Origin: Acidobacteriota bacterium
Lineage (GTDB): Bacteria; Acidobacteriota; UBA890; WLXD01
Direction: 5' to 3'
Assembly: GCA_965248695.1 (NCBI GenBank)
Contig: CBDFKD010000002.1
Coordinates: 1,472,001 to 1,536,000 of the forward strand
Length of the DNA: 64,000 bases
The notes beneath the pieces were generated by a model that worked only from the letters and a program-made list of their open reading frames with translations, ran no database searches and was not told the origin of the DNA. Position numbers and translations under genes: made by a program. Positions 17,812 through 26,616 of this stretch are shown piece after piece; position 1 is the first letter of the stretch; every line of letters begins with the position of its first letter.

Positions 17812-18762
17812 TCAGCTCGCTTCCGAGGTCGAGATGGCGACTGCCAGAGAGCCGATATCGAGATCCCGGTTCAGAACATCGACAGTCTCGAAGACCTCCT
17901 CGCGTGAGATCTTGGCGCCAGGCCCGCAACGCTCGACGATCTCGAGCGCGGCGACCGCGAGCCGTACGGGCAGCGCGCAGAACGCAATAATCCCGCGTGG
18001 TGCCGACGCCACCTGTAGCGCGTTGGTGTACTCGGCCGCCACGACGAGGTCTTCCCGCACCAGCTTGAAGATCTCCTTGCGCTCGGTCTCCGACGGGAGG
18101 TACCGACGGCCCTCACTACGGTCAGAGGCGGCATCCTTGAGGATGTTGACCAGCTGGAGCGCCTCCCCGAACCGGGCCGCACGCTGCCGCAAGAAATCTG
18201 CTGCCGCCGACAGTTGCGGTCGCTCCAGCAGGAAAAGATCCGTGCTGAGCTCACCGACGATGCCAGCAACCGCGTAGCAGTAGGCACGCAGGTCGTCGAG
18301 AGACACGAGCTTGAGCACCCCGTCGACGGAGCGGTCGATGAAGCTCACCATGCCGGCCGCGGTCCGCAACGTATGGCCGCGGATGATCTCGCGGGCGCCA
18401 GGTCGCAGGCGCACGTACTCTTGAATCACGATCACCGATTCGCCCAGCAGCTCGAGGTAGCCAGGATGATCGATCGGCACCGAAGCTGCCCACGCGTCTC
18501 CGAGCTTCGCGGCCCGCTGCGGGCTCGGATCTCGAACCAGGCTCATGAACTCCTCCAGCGCATCGATCCGACGCTGTCGGTTCCATTGCGCCGCATCTTC
18601 GAACGTGTCGGCAATACGGAACAACAGGTAGGCGATCCCGAGCTCACGCCGGGTGGGCTCGGGGAGCATCGGGATCGACAACGCGAATGTGCGGCTGGTC
18701 TTCTCGAGAAGATCTTCGATACGGTCCATTTGTGCGCTCGAGGATGGCTGGCCGACGTCCAT
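17812..18762 (-). CDS. sqs: Squalene synthase (farnesyl-diphosphate farnesyltransferase; squalene/phytoene synthase family)
   Basis: KTSRTFALSI, YLLFRIADTFED, YCYAVAGIVG, LQLVNILKD motifs typical of single-enzyme SQS. Confidence 0.82.
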   Translation of the reverse strand: MDVGQPSSSAQMDRIEDLLEKTSRTFALSIPMLPEPTRRELGIAYLLFRIADTFEDAAQWNRQRRIDALEEFMSLVRDPSPQRAAKLGDAWAASVPIDHPGYLELLGESVIVIQEYVRLRPGAREIIRGHTLRTAAGMVSFIDRSVDGVLKLVSLDDLRAYCYAVAGIVGELSTDLFLLERPQLSAAADFLRQRAARFGEALQLVNILKDAASDRSEGRRYLPSETERKEIFKLVREDLVVAAEYTNALQVASAPRGIIAFCALPVRLAVAALEIVERCGPGAKISREEVFETVDVLNRDLDIGSLAVAISTSEAS

Positions 18763-18832
18763 TATCCACCGTGACCTGGCGGGGTGCTGAAGGCCCCGGC
18801 TCGGCAGGGCCCGGGAGCCAGCGGCGTCGCCT

Positions 18833-19633
18833 TCAGCGCTCGACGATCGTCCCTGGCACCGGTGCGCCTCGCAGCGCCCGGCGCAGGATGCCCGGTCGAC
18901 GGCCGTCCAGCAGATACGAACGCACGCCGAGTCGCGCCAGCGTCAATGCGGTGTCGAGACGATGGCGCATACCGCCGGTCACATCGGTGGCCGCGGCACC
19001 GCTCACCAGACGACGCGCGCTGCCGGCATCCCGCGAGCGCACGCGGACAACGGTGGCGCCGTCGGAATCCAGGATACCGTCGGTATCGCCCAGCCAGATC
19101 GCTTTGGAACAGTCTCGGCCGGCCGGTCGCAAGGCACGAACGAACGCCAGCAGCACCGTCTCGGTCGAGCAGATCGAACAGCCGCGCTCACGGTCCATCA
19201 CGATGTCGCCATACGTGACGGGCAGCAGGCCGTTGTCGAGCGCGCGCACGACCGGCTCGATGTGCACTCGTGGAGGATGGGCCCTGCCGCGCGCGACAAC
19301 AGCACTCGACGGCGCCACCGAGTAGGCGGCGATACCGGCCTCGCGCAGCGCGCCCATGACGATGGCATGCAGCTCGGAAGCCGCCGCCTGGGTCCGCGAG
19401 ACGCCGACGCGTGCACGCCGCCCGACCATACCTGCATGAACGCCCGACGTTGCGGCGGCAACGTGCCCGAACGAGCCGCTGCCGTGTCCGAGCAACAGCG
19501 GACGCCGGGAGCGTCCTACCAGCGCCGCCAGCTCTTCTGCGAGGCGCGACAACTCGGCCCGCCGTACCGTGCGCGGACGACGCTTGTGGGTGATCAGGCT
19601 GCCCCCGAGCTTGACCACCGTCAACTCGCTCAC
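18833..19633 (-). CDS. ipk: Isopentenyl phosphate kinase
   Basis: Amino-acid-kinase fold with VKLGGSLITHK, GHGSGSFGH (IPK His), YGD, DVTGGM; inside the mevalonate operon. Confidence 0.88.
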   Translation of the reverse strand: MSELTVVKLGGSLITHKRRPRTVRRAELSRLAEELAALVGRSRRPLLLGHGSGSFGHVAAATSGVHAGMVGRRARVGVSRTQAAASELHAIVMGALREAGIAAYSVAPSSAVVARGRAHPPRVHIEPVVRALDNGLLPVTYGDIVMDRERGCSICSTETVLLAFVRALRPAGRDCSKAIWLGDTDGILDSDGATVVRVRSRDAGSARRLVSGAAATDVTGGMRHRLDTALTLARLGVRSYLLDGRRPGILRRALRGAPVPGTIVER

Positions 19634-20658
19634 GCTTGGTGCGCTCCATCAAGGGCGTCGAAGAGCGAGGCGGACAGATTCCGCGGCCCGCTGCCTACTC
19701 CGTCGCGGATCACCGTCTGGACGCCGTCGATCGCCGCCAGACTGGTCGCCACTGCTTCCTCGTCGTCTGCCGAGCAGAGGATGTGCACGTTGGCGCCAGC
19801 GTCCATCGTCGCCCATGCCGATGTGCCGCGCTGGCGCAGAGCGCGAACGTGATCCAGCACGCGCAACGTCGCCGGCTGCCAGTAAAAGATCGGAGGTTGC
19901 GAGGACATCGCCACCAGGTGCAACTCGATCGCGTCCTCCTCGATGATCGGGCCGAGTTGGTCCAGGTCGCGCGCGTCGATGGCTTCGCGAACCCGCTGCA
20001 GGCGGTCAGGAATGAGCTCCTGGCGGCGTACGTAGTGAGGGCTGGTTCGGGCACGTGCATGACCTTCGAGCGACGACACGGCTTTGGGGCCAGTCTGGAC
20101 GATGGCGATCACGTCGCGCAGATCCCAGTGCGACGCCGGAGCCAGCGGTGCTGCACGCCACGGGTCCTCGCCCGTACCGAACGGCCACTGCACGTATCCA
20201 CCGAACACCGATCGAGACGCGGAGCCCGAACCGGAGAGACGCGCCAGATTCGACAGCTCATCTCCGTCCGGCTGCCGATCGAGCGCCGCCACCACCGCCA
20301 GGGTAAGGGCGGCGAAGCCAGACGCCGACGAGGCGATGCCGGCAGCGGCCGGAAAGCTGTTCTCGGTCGCGACTCGAAACCCGACGTCCACCTGGGCCCA
20401 GCGCCGCAGGCGCTCCAGATGTGCCGCCGCACGCTGCTGGAACGCGCCTTCGGCCTGGCCCCACCGGCCTTCGGAAAACACCCAGATCTCGTCGGCGGCG
20501 CCGGCAGCGACTGTTTCGACGCTCGTACGCGTGACGCAGGCCCGCAGCGACATCGAGATCGACGCGTTGAGCGGAATCGCGACGGCCAGATCCTCGGCGC
20601 CCCAGTACTTCACGAAGGCAATGTTTGAGGGTGCTTCGACGGTAGCTCTGCCCATCAC
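19630..20658 (-). CDS. mvaD: (Di)phosphomevalonate decarboxylase, probably mevalonate-5-phosphate decarboxylase
   Basis: NIAFVKYWG, NSFPAAAGIASSASG, GSGSASRS, TMDAGANVH motifs. Confidence 0.88.
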   Translation of the reverse strand: MMGRATVEAPSNIAFVKYWGAEDLAVAIPLNASISMSLRACVTRTSVETVAAGAADEIWVFSEGRWGQAEGAFQQRAAAHLERLRRWAQVDVGFRVATENSFPAAAGIASSASGFAALTLAVVAALDRQPDGDELSNLARLSGSGSASRSVFGGYVQWPFGTGEDPWRAAPLAPASHWDLRDVIAIVQTGPKAVSSLEGHARARTSPHYVRRQELIPDRLQRVREAIDARDLDQLGPIIEEDAIELHLVAMSSQPPIFYWQPATLRVLDHVRALRQRGTSAWATMDAGANVHILCSADDEEAVATSLAAIDGVQTVIRDGVGSGPRNLSASLFDALDGAHQA

Positions 20659-21773
20659 GCCACTACCTCCACTCGTACGCCTTCGGCGCCCAGCATGACG
20701 TCGTGCTCCGGCAATCGCTCGAGCGCCTGCGGAAGATCGTCGACGCCATCCGGCAATAGCACCAGTAGGGACCCGGCCCCCGGACCCTGGAGCGCGCCCG
20801 AGCCCGAGATCTTGGCCGCCCCGCCCAGCGCCTCAACGCTGCGGACGGCAACCTGGATCGGCTCGGGTACGACGCCGATCGACTCGAGGTAGCGCTGCGC
20901 GGTGCGCATCGGAGCGACCAGGTCGCCCTCAGCAGCCGATGCAGTGACGGCCAGCTGAAACGCGCGGGTTGCAGACTCGACTGCGTCCAGCGCCACGTCG
21001 AAGCGGCCCCGGTCGCGGGCGCGCTGTGCCCGTACTGCAGCCACCATCGTGCCGGTGGGGTCGGTGGTGGGGCCGGTGTCGAAGATACGCAGCCGTCGCA
21101 GTGTGTCGGAGCGGGCCGCGAGCGGCTCGATCGATAGCTCCTCGCCGGTGCGGCGAAGGCGCAGCACACCGCCGTGAAATACAGTCGCCACGTCCACGCC
21201 CGAGGGGGCGCCATGCTGGCGACGCTCGACCTGACCGGCTATCGGGCCGATGCGCGACCACCTGGCGGTCTTGCCGCAAAGTGCGCCGACCGCAGCGACG
21301 ATGGCGACGGCGGCCGCCGCCGAGCTACCGAACCCGGCTCCCACCGGAACCGTCGACTCGACACAGAGCCGCACTGCAGCCAGAGGGTGGCTCTCGAGGC
21401 GCGGATCCTCGCCGAGCGTGGCAATCGCCTCGCCGAGCGCCACCAGCACCAGGTGGTCGGCACGATCCTCACGGAGATTCGCGAACGTCTGCGGCGAAGG
21501 GTCGGCGTCGTAGCTCTCCCAGCGCTGGCGCATGTCATCCGCGTGGCGGGAGATCTCGTCCCAGGAAACATGACTCCGATGCTGCAGTGGTGGGAGATCC
21601 ACCTCGACGCCGGCCTTGCTGCCGCCGAGCACGTCGACCCGTAGGCGAAGGCTGGTGGCCGCCACCAGCGCCGGGCGCCCGTAGACTGCGGCATGCTCCC
21701 CTATGAGAATCAGCTTGCCGGGCACGGAAACGCGTGCGAGCAAATGCCGCTTGGGCGACCGGACGTCCACCAC
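20655..21773 (-). CDS. mvk: Mevalonate kinase
   Basis: PGKLILIGEHAAVYG, PVGAGFGSSAA, HGAPSGVD, KISGSG GHMP motifs. Confidence 0.88.
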   Translation of the reverse strand: MVDVRSPKRHLLARVSVPGKLILIGEHAAVYGRPALVAATSLRLRVDVLGGSKAGVEVDLPPLQHRSHVSWDEISRHADDMRQRWESYDADPSPQTFANLREDRADHLVLVALGEAIATLGEDPRLESHPLAAVRLCVESTVPVGAGFGSSAAAAVAIVAAVGALCGKTARWSRIGPIAGQVERRQHGAPSGVDVATVFHGGVLRLRRTGEELSIEPLAARSDTLRRLRIFDTGPTTDPTGTMVAAVRAQRARDRGRFDVALDAVESATRAFQLAVTASAAEGDLVAPMRTAQRYLESIGVVPEPIQVAVRSVEALGGAAKISGSGALQGPGAGSLLVLLPDGVDDLPQALERLPEHDVMLGAEGVRVEVVA

Positions 21774-21779
21774 CGCCCG

Positions 21780-23036
21780 CTAGCTGCCTGCCTGGGTGCG
21801 CCGCCCCAGCCGCTTGTGGGCACCGGCGAGATCCTGCGAGGTAAAAGCGGCCAGCAGCGACAGCTCACCCGCGAGCACCGCGGCGCCGAGGATCTCCGCC
21901 AGCCGAAGCACAGCGGCACCGGGTCGGTCCGGCTGCGGCGCGACGCCTAGCACCGCGAGCGCCTCGCGCTGCGTATCGAGAGCGGTGCCGCCGCCGATCG
22001 CGGCAAGCGGCACTGCCGGCAAGTACATCGAGGCCACCACGCCACCACCGCCCTCACAGGGCTCGATCGACGTGATTCCCATCGACCCTTCCACGACATG
22101 TGCCGGATCCTGGCCGGTGGCCAGAAACACCGCCGACAGAACGTTGGCGACATGGGCGTTGAAACCGATCGAGCCGGCAGCGATCGAGCCCAGCAGGTTC
22201 TTGCGATACTGCACCTCGAGGAGGTCGGCGGCGTTGGTCTTCAGGCGCGCCAGCACGGCTTCGTCCAGGGTTACCTGAGCGTGTATCCGCTTGCCGCGAC
22301 CCTCTTGGAAATTGATCGCCGCCGGCTTCTTGTCGACACAGTAGTTCCCCGACAGCGCGACACAGCGCACACCGGTGGCGGGTTCGATCAGCTCGCGCAC
22401 CAACTGGTCGCACGCGATGGTCGCCATGTTCATTCCCATCGCATCTCCAGAGCGGAACCGGAAGCGCAAGAAGATCGTCGTCCCGAAGGCGTACGGACGG
22501 ATATCCACCAGCCTCAGGAAGCGGCTAGTCCCCTCGGCCACCGATCGGATCGCGTCGTCGTTGTCCGTCACCCACTGGAGGAACTCACGGGTCTGCTGCA
22601 GCCCGGAGGAGCGAAACACAGGCGCCCGCGTCATGCCGACGTCTTCGACATAGACGGCGACGCCACCTGCAGCCCGGACCGCGGAACAGCCGCGGTTGAT
22701 GCTGGCGATCAACGCCCCCTCTGTCGTCGCCAGCGGGACATATACCTCGCCATCGACCTGCTCGCCGCGCACCAGGAGTGGCCCCGCGATCCCCACCGGG
22801 ATCTGCGCCACGCCGATTAGGTTCTCGCAGTGGCTGTCGGCGGCGCGCCCGGCGTCAAACGAGTAGCTACCGGTGTGCGTCAGCGTGGTGCCCGTCAGCT
22901 GCTCGAGCGCCTGCCGCCGAGCCTTTGCGGCGGTGGCAGCGTCCAGCTCGGCCGGCAGCTCGTGGAAACGCCGTTTGCCTTCAACGATCTCGTCGACGAT
23001 GCCATCCGGGACGAGCGCATCGCTGGTGTCGGTCAT
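21780..23036 (-). CDS. hmgA: Hydroxymethylglutaryl-CoA reductase (NADPH), class I, soluble archaeal-like form
   Basis: CENLIG, PLATTEG, GDAMGMNM, SGNYCVDKK, GELSL...H motifs; ATGA overlap with idi. Confidence 0.93.
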   Translation of the reverse strand: MTDTSDALVPDGIVDEIVEGKRRFHELPAELDAATAAKARRQALEQLTGTTLTHTGSYSFDAGRAADSHCENLIGVAQIPVGIAGPLLVRGEQVDGEVYVPLATTEGALIASINRGCSAVRAAGGVAVYVEDVGMTRAPVFRSSGLQQTREFLQWVTDNDDAIRSVAEGTSRFLRLVDIRPYAFGTTIFLRFRFRSGDAMGMNMATIACDQLVRELIEPATGVRCVALSGNYCVDKKPAAINFQEGRGKRIHAQVTLDEAVLARLKTNAADLLEVQYRKNLLGSIAAGSIGFNAHVANVLSAVFLATGQDPAHVVEGSMGITSIEPCEGGGGVVASMYLPAVPLAAIGGGTALDTQREALAVLGVAPQPDRPGAAVLRLAEILGAAVLAGELSLLAAFTSQDLAGAHKRLGRRTQAGS

Positions 23037-24076
23037 CGGGCCGGACACCTGTCGATCAACGACACCGACCGGAGCTCGGCGAGCGTGCGGGCACCGGCAC
23101 AGAACATCGAGATTCGCAGCTCGGTCAGAGTGCGCTCGATACGTGCCGCCACCGCCTCGGCCGATTGCAGCGACGCCGCGAGAAAAGGATAGGCCAGACC
23201 GACGATGTCGGCGCCCAGCGCAATGGCCTTGGCCACATCGATTCCGCTGCGTACTCCGCCGCTGCCGATGACGGTGACGTCGGGCAAACCGGCGACTGCC
23301 CGGATGCTGTCGGGCGTCGGAATACCCCAGTCGGCGAAGGTATCGCCGAGCTCTGGATCGTCGGCACGCTGGGCCTCGATGCGCGCCCAGCTGGTGCCGC
23401 CGTGCCCGGCCGTGTCGAGGATGCGAACACCGGCTTCAACGAGTCGGTCGGCTACGGCGCGCGATAATCCCATGCCGATCTCCTTGACGATCACCGGCAC
23501 CTCGAGCTGATCCACGATGGCGGCGATCTTCGGCAGCAAGCTGGCGAAGTTGCCGTCTCCCTCGGGCTGGATCGCCTCCTGTAGAGGGTTCAGGTGCAGC
23601 ACCAAGGCATCCGCGTCGATCATGCGTACGGCTTCACGACATTCGTCAACGCCGTAGCCGTAGTTCAACTGCACGGCCCCGAGATTGGCGAGCAATGGAA
23701 TCGTGGGAGCGTGCTCGCGCACCTGAAACGTGCCCCGCCGCGAGGGATCTTCCAGCGCCTTCCGCTGGGATCCGACGCCCAGTGCCACGCCGACGCGCTC
23801 GGCACCGATCGCCAGGTTTCGGTTGATTTGCGCTGCATCGGCGGTGCCGCCGGTCATGCAGGAAACCAGGAGCGGCGCCACCAGCGGCTTGTCCAGGAAC
23901 ACGGCGCTGGCATCAACATCGGCCAGATCGATCTCGGGGATCGCGCAGTGCTCGAGACGCCAGGCATCGAAGCCTCGACCTCCCAGCTGCATGCGATCTT
24001 CGAGAGCGAGCTGGATGTGCTCGGCCTTGCGGTCGCGCTCGGCAGGCTTGGCGGCCGGAGAGTCAGTGCTGCTCAT
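23033..24076 (-). CDS. fni: Type 2 isopentenyl-diphosphate delta-isomerase (FMN)
   Basis: [47 protein letters not shown] motifs. Confidence 0.93.
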   Translation of the reverse strand: MSSTDSPAAKPAERDRKAEHIQLALEDRMQLGGRGFDAWRLEHCAIPEIDLADVDASAVFLDKPLVAPLLVSCMTGGTADAAQINRNLAIGAERVGVALGVGSQRKALEDPSRRGTFQVREHAPTIPLLANLGAVQLNYGYGVDECREAVRMIDADALVLHLNPLQEAIQPEGDGNFASLLPKIAAIVDQLEVPVIVKEIGMGLSRAVADRLVEAGVRILDTAGHGGTSWARIEAQRADDPELGDTFADWGIPTPDSIRAVAGLPDVTVIGSGGVRSGIDVAKAIALGADIVGLAYPFLAASLQSAEAVAARIERTLTELRISMFCAGARTLAELRSVSLIDRCPAR

Positions 24077-24171
24077 GCGTACTCGCAACACGGGCGCCGG
24101 CAATGGCGCCACACGACAGGCGGCGCGCGGCGTTCGGAACCAGCGCAGTGCACTGAGGGCGTGGGGTTCCG

Positions 24172-24200
24172 AGTGTCGTTGACGCCCCAGGGCATGTCAA
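24172..24200 (-). promoter_or_regulatory. Putative sigma70 promoter of the mevalonate operon overlapping a TTGAC-N12-GTCAA inverted repeat
   Basis: Minus strand TTGACA (24200-24195)-17 nt-GACACT (24177-24172). Confidence 0.5.
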
Positions 24201-24240
24201 TGCCGCGTCTCGGCGGTGGGTCGGGGACTCCGGACCCCAG

Positions 24241-24990
24241 CTACGCCAGTGTCGCAACCAGTCCCTCGGCGAAATCAGCCAGCGTGCCGGCACACCTTCG
24301 CATGCGTGACCGCAGACGAACGATGCTGCCCCACGAGCTCGGTCGCCAGAACGCCTTCCAGAACACCTGGCGCTTGTCGATGCTGCCATCCTGGGCGCGG
24401 CAGTCCTCGAGGAAATCGGGCAACGCCTCGTCGGCGGCGTCGCTGATGGCGCGCGCGATCAGATACGGAAGATTGTAGGCAATCGCCACTCTGGCAAAGC
24501 AGGCCGACTCCATGTCGGCGACCGCCGGCTGATCGCGCCAAGTGCGCCCCCACCATTCCGACTTGCTGGACGGCGTCGCCAGGATCTCGTCGACCGTTAC
24601 CAGCCGTCCGAGATCGTAGTCCAGGTGAATCGAAGCTTCCTCGAGCCATTGCAGGTCCGGGCAGGCGAGCGTCTGATCTCCCTCCATCACCTCGCTGGAG
24701 ACCACCAGGTCGCCAACGGCGAGATCCGCTGACAGGGCACCTCCGAGACCGACGGCCAGGACGCGCGTCGGCTCGCAGATCTGTATCAGCCGGCGAATCC
24801 CCAGGTCGGCGTTGCGCTTGCCGTCGCCGGTAACGGCAAGCACGACCTGGACGCCGCGCAGGCGGCCCCGAACATAGTGCCGCGGCCCGTCCTTGATCTC
24901 CTCGGAAACGAGCACACGCTCACGCAGCGGCGCCAGCTCGTCTTCTCGCGCCGCGACGATCGCCACCAGTTCCTCGCGCTCCTCGACCAT
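24241..24990 (-). CDS. Purine nucleoside phosphorylase/MTA-SAH nucleosidase family protein (HpnG-like)
   Basis: VTGDG, GLGGAL, GDLVV, ADMESA, RAISD motifs of the PNP_UDP_1 fold. Confidence 0.78.
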   Translation of the reverse strand: MVEEREELVAIVAAREDELAPLRERVLVSEEIKDGPRHYVRGRLRGVQVVLAVTGDGKRNADLGIRRLIQICEPTRVLAVGLGGALSADLAVGDLVVSSEVMEGDQTLACPDLQWLEEASIHLDYDLGRLVTVDEILATPSSKSEWWGRTWRDQPAVADMESACFARVAIAYNLPYLIARAISDAADEALPDFLEDCRAQDGSIDKRQVFWKAFWRPSSWGSIVRLRSRMRRCAGTLADFAEGLVATLA

Positions 24991-25098
24991 AACGAGAGTC
25001 TACCTGGCATCGAACCACGACCACCGCACCGACCTCCCACTCGACCCCGTGGACTGCTACCGTGCAGGCGTCGCAACTGGCGCGTCAGGAGCGAACCG

Positions 25099-25830
25099 AT
25101 GCTGATACAGATCGCTAAATACTGCCCGATCCTCACCATCGGCATCATGGCCGGCGCCGTGGCGTCCATTCATGTCGGCGCCGCCCGGCCGCTCAGCGGC
25201 TTCGGGATCTTCATGCTGTCCTGGGCGGCCGGGGCTCTACTCAGCCTGGCGCTGGGGGCCCTCGTGTGGTGGCGGGGCCGCGGAGATTCGCGATCGACCT
25301 TGATCGGGCGGAGCGCGGCCTTGTGCGGAGCCCTGTTGTTGATCGCCCTGGCGATAGCCCAAGGAAGGATCGACGCACCGCCGATTCACGACATCACCAC
25401 CTCGCCCGAAGACGCGCCGACGTATCGCGCCGCGCTCGACCATGACGACAACGCCGGCCGCGACCTTACCTACCCGCACGGCGGCGTCGATGTCATCGCT
25501 CAGCAGCGCGCCGCCTATCCCGACCTGCGACCCATCGAGCTCGATCTCGATCCCGAGACGGCCCATGCGGCAGCCCTGAGCGCGGCGGAGGAGCTCGGCC
25601 TCACGATTGCCTTCAGCAGCCGCGTTGGCGGCCACATCGAGGCCTACGCGGTGTCGCGCGTATTCGGCTTCGTCGACGACTTCGTCGTCCGCGTGCGTCC
25701 GACATCGTCGGGCTCGGTTGTGGACGTACGTTCCACGTCGCGTGTGGGCAGAAGTGATCTGGGAGCGAACGCCGCGCGGATCCGTGCGTTCACCGCAGCG
25801 CTGGTATCAGCCGCCGAGCCCGGTCCCTAG
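25099..25830 (+). CDS. DUF1499 membrane protein
   Basis: PPIHDITT, QRAAYPDL, FGFVDD, DVRSTSRVGRSDLGANAARI motifs. Confidence 0.85.
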   Translation: MLIQIAKYCPILTIGIMAGAVASIHVGAARPLSGFGIFMLSWAAGALLSLALGALVWWRGRGDSRSTLIGRSAALCGALLLIALAIAQGRIDAPPIHDITTSPEDAPTYRAALDHDDNAGRDLTYPHGGVDVIAQQRAAYPDLRPIELDLDPETAHAAALSAAEELGLTIAFSSRVGGHIEAYAVSRVFGFVDDFVVRVRPTSSGSVVDVRSTSRVGRSDLGANAARIRAFTAALVSAAEPGP

Positions 25831-25834
25831 CAGG

Positions 25835-26611
25835 CTATCGCGACGGCCGCGCGACTCGCGGTGATGGCTCGAAAATCAGCGTGCTGCCGGCCGGGAGGAG
25901 CGTGTCGAGCCCCACTTCCCAGCGATGCGTGCCCAACCGAACGATACCGGCGCGACCCTGCAGCCAGGGCTCGATGGGGCCGAGATCATCGGGTGAGTCA
26001 GGTTCGGGCTCGAGCTCCGGCAGCCGATAGTGCATCGGTATCAGGTGCCGTGGCCGCACTGCGGTAACGAGCGCGGCCACCTCGGCAGGCGCGAGGATGT
26101 GGAACTGACCGTCGATCGGCACCATGAGGATGTCGATAGGACCCAGATCCCGAATGTTGTCACGCGTCAGCGGGCCGTTGTCGCCGACATGCGCGATTCT
26201 GAGCCCGGCTGTCTCCACCACCCAGATCGTGTTTCGCTGCTCGAACTCCTGGCCGTATGGATCTGCATGCTTGCCACGCAGACCGACCAACCGGACGTCG
26301 TCGAGCATGAACTCGCCGGGGGCGTCGAACACGCGGCTCTCTGGCCACGGGAACGGAGCTCCGCGGAACCTTCCGGCATCGTGGTCATAGTGCGGATGCG
26401 TGATCACGACAGCGTCGGGACGCACGTCCGCGGGGAAGTCGTACCCCAGCCATACGCGGCTGGCGTACGGGTCCAGCAGGATGCGCGTGCCGCCGGGCGA
26501 CTCGATCAGAAAGCTTGCGTGGGCGATGTACTCGATGGACAGCCTCGTCTGCGCGCCGCTTGCGGCGCAGCACAACGCCACCAACAACGCTCCGATCGCC
26601 GACGGGACCAC
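25835..26611 (-). CDS. MBL-fold metallo-hydrolase
   Basis: HASFLI, ITHPHYDH, HVGD, IPMHY motifs; start uncertain. Confidence 0.85.
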   Translation of the reverse strand: MVPSAIGALLVALCCAASGAQTRLSIEYIAHASFLIESPGGTRILLDPYASRVWLGYDFPADVRPDAVVITHPHYDHDAGRFRGAPFPWPESRVFDAPGEFMLDDVRLVGLRGKHADPYGQEFEQRNTIWVVETAGLRIAHVGDNGPLTRDNIRDLGPIDILMVPIDGQFHILAPAEVAALVTAVRPRHLIPMHYRLPELEPEPDSPDDLGPIEPWLQGRAGIVRLGTHRWEVGLDTLLPAGSTLIFEPSPRVARPSR

Positions 26612-26616
26612 AGCAG

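Noticed and set aside
17812-18762. Carotenoid (crtB) cluster
   Set aside because: Motifs fit squalene synthase better, and no desaturase or cyclase is nearby
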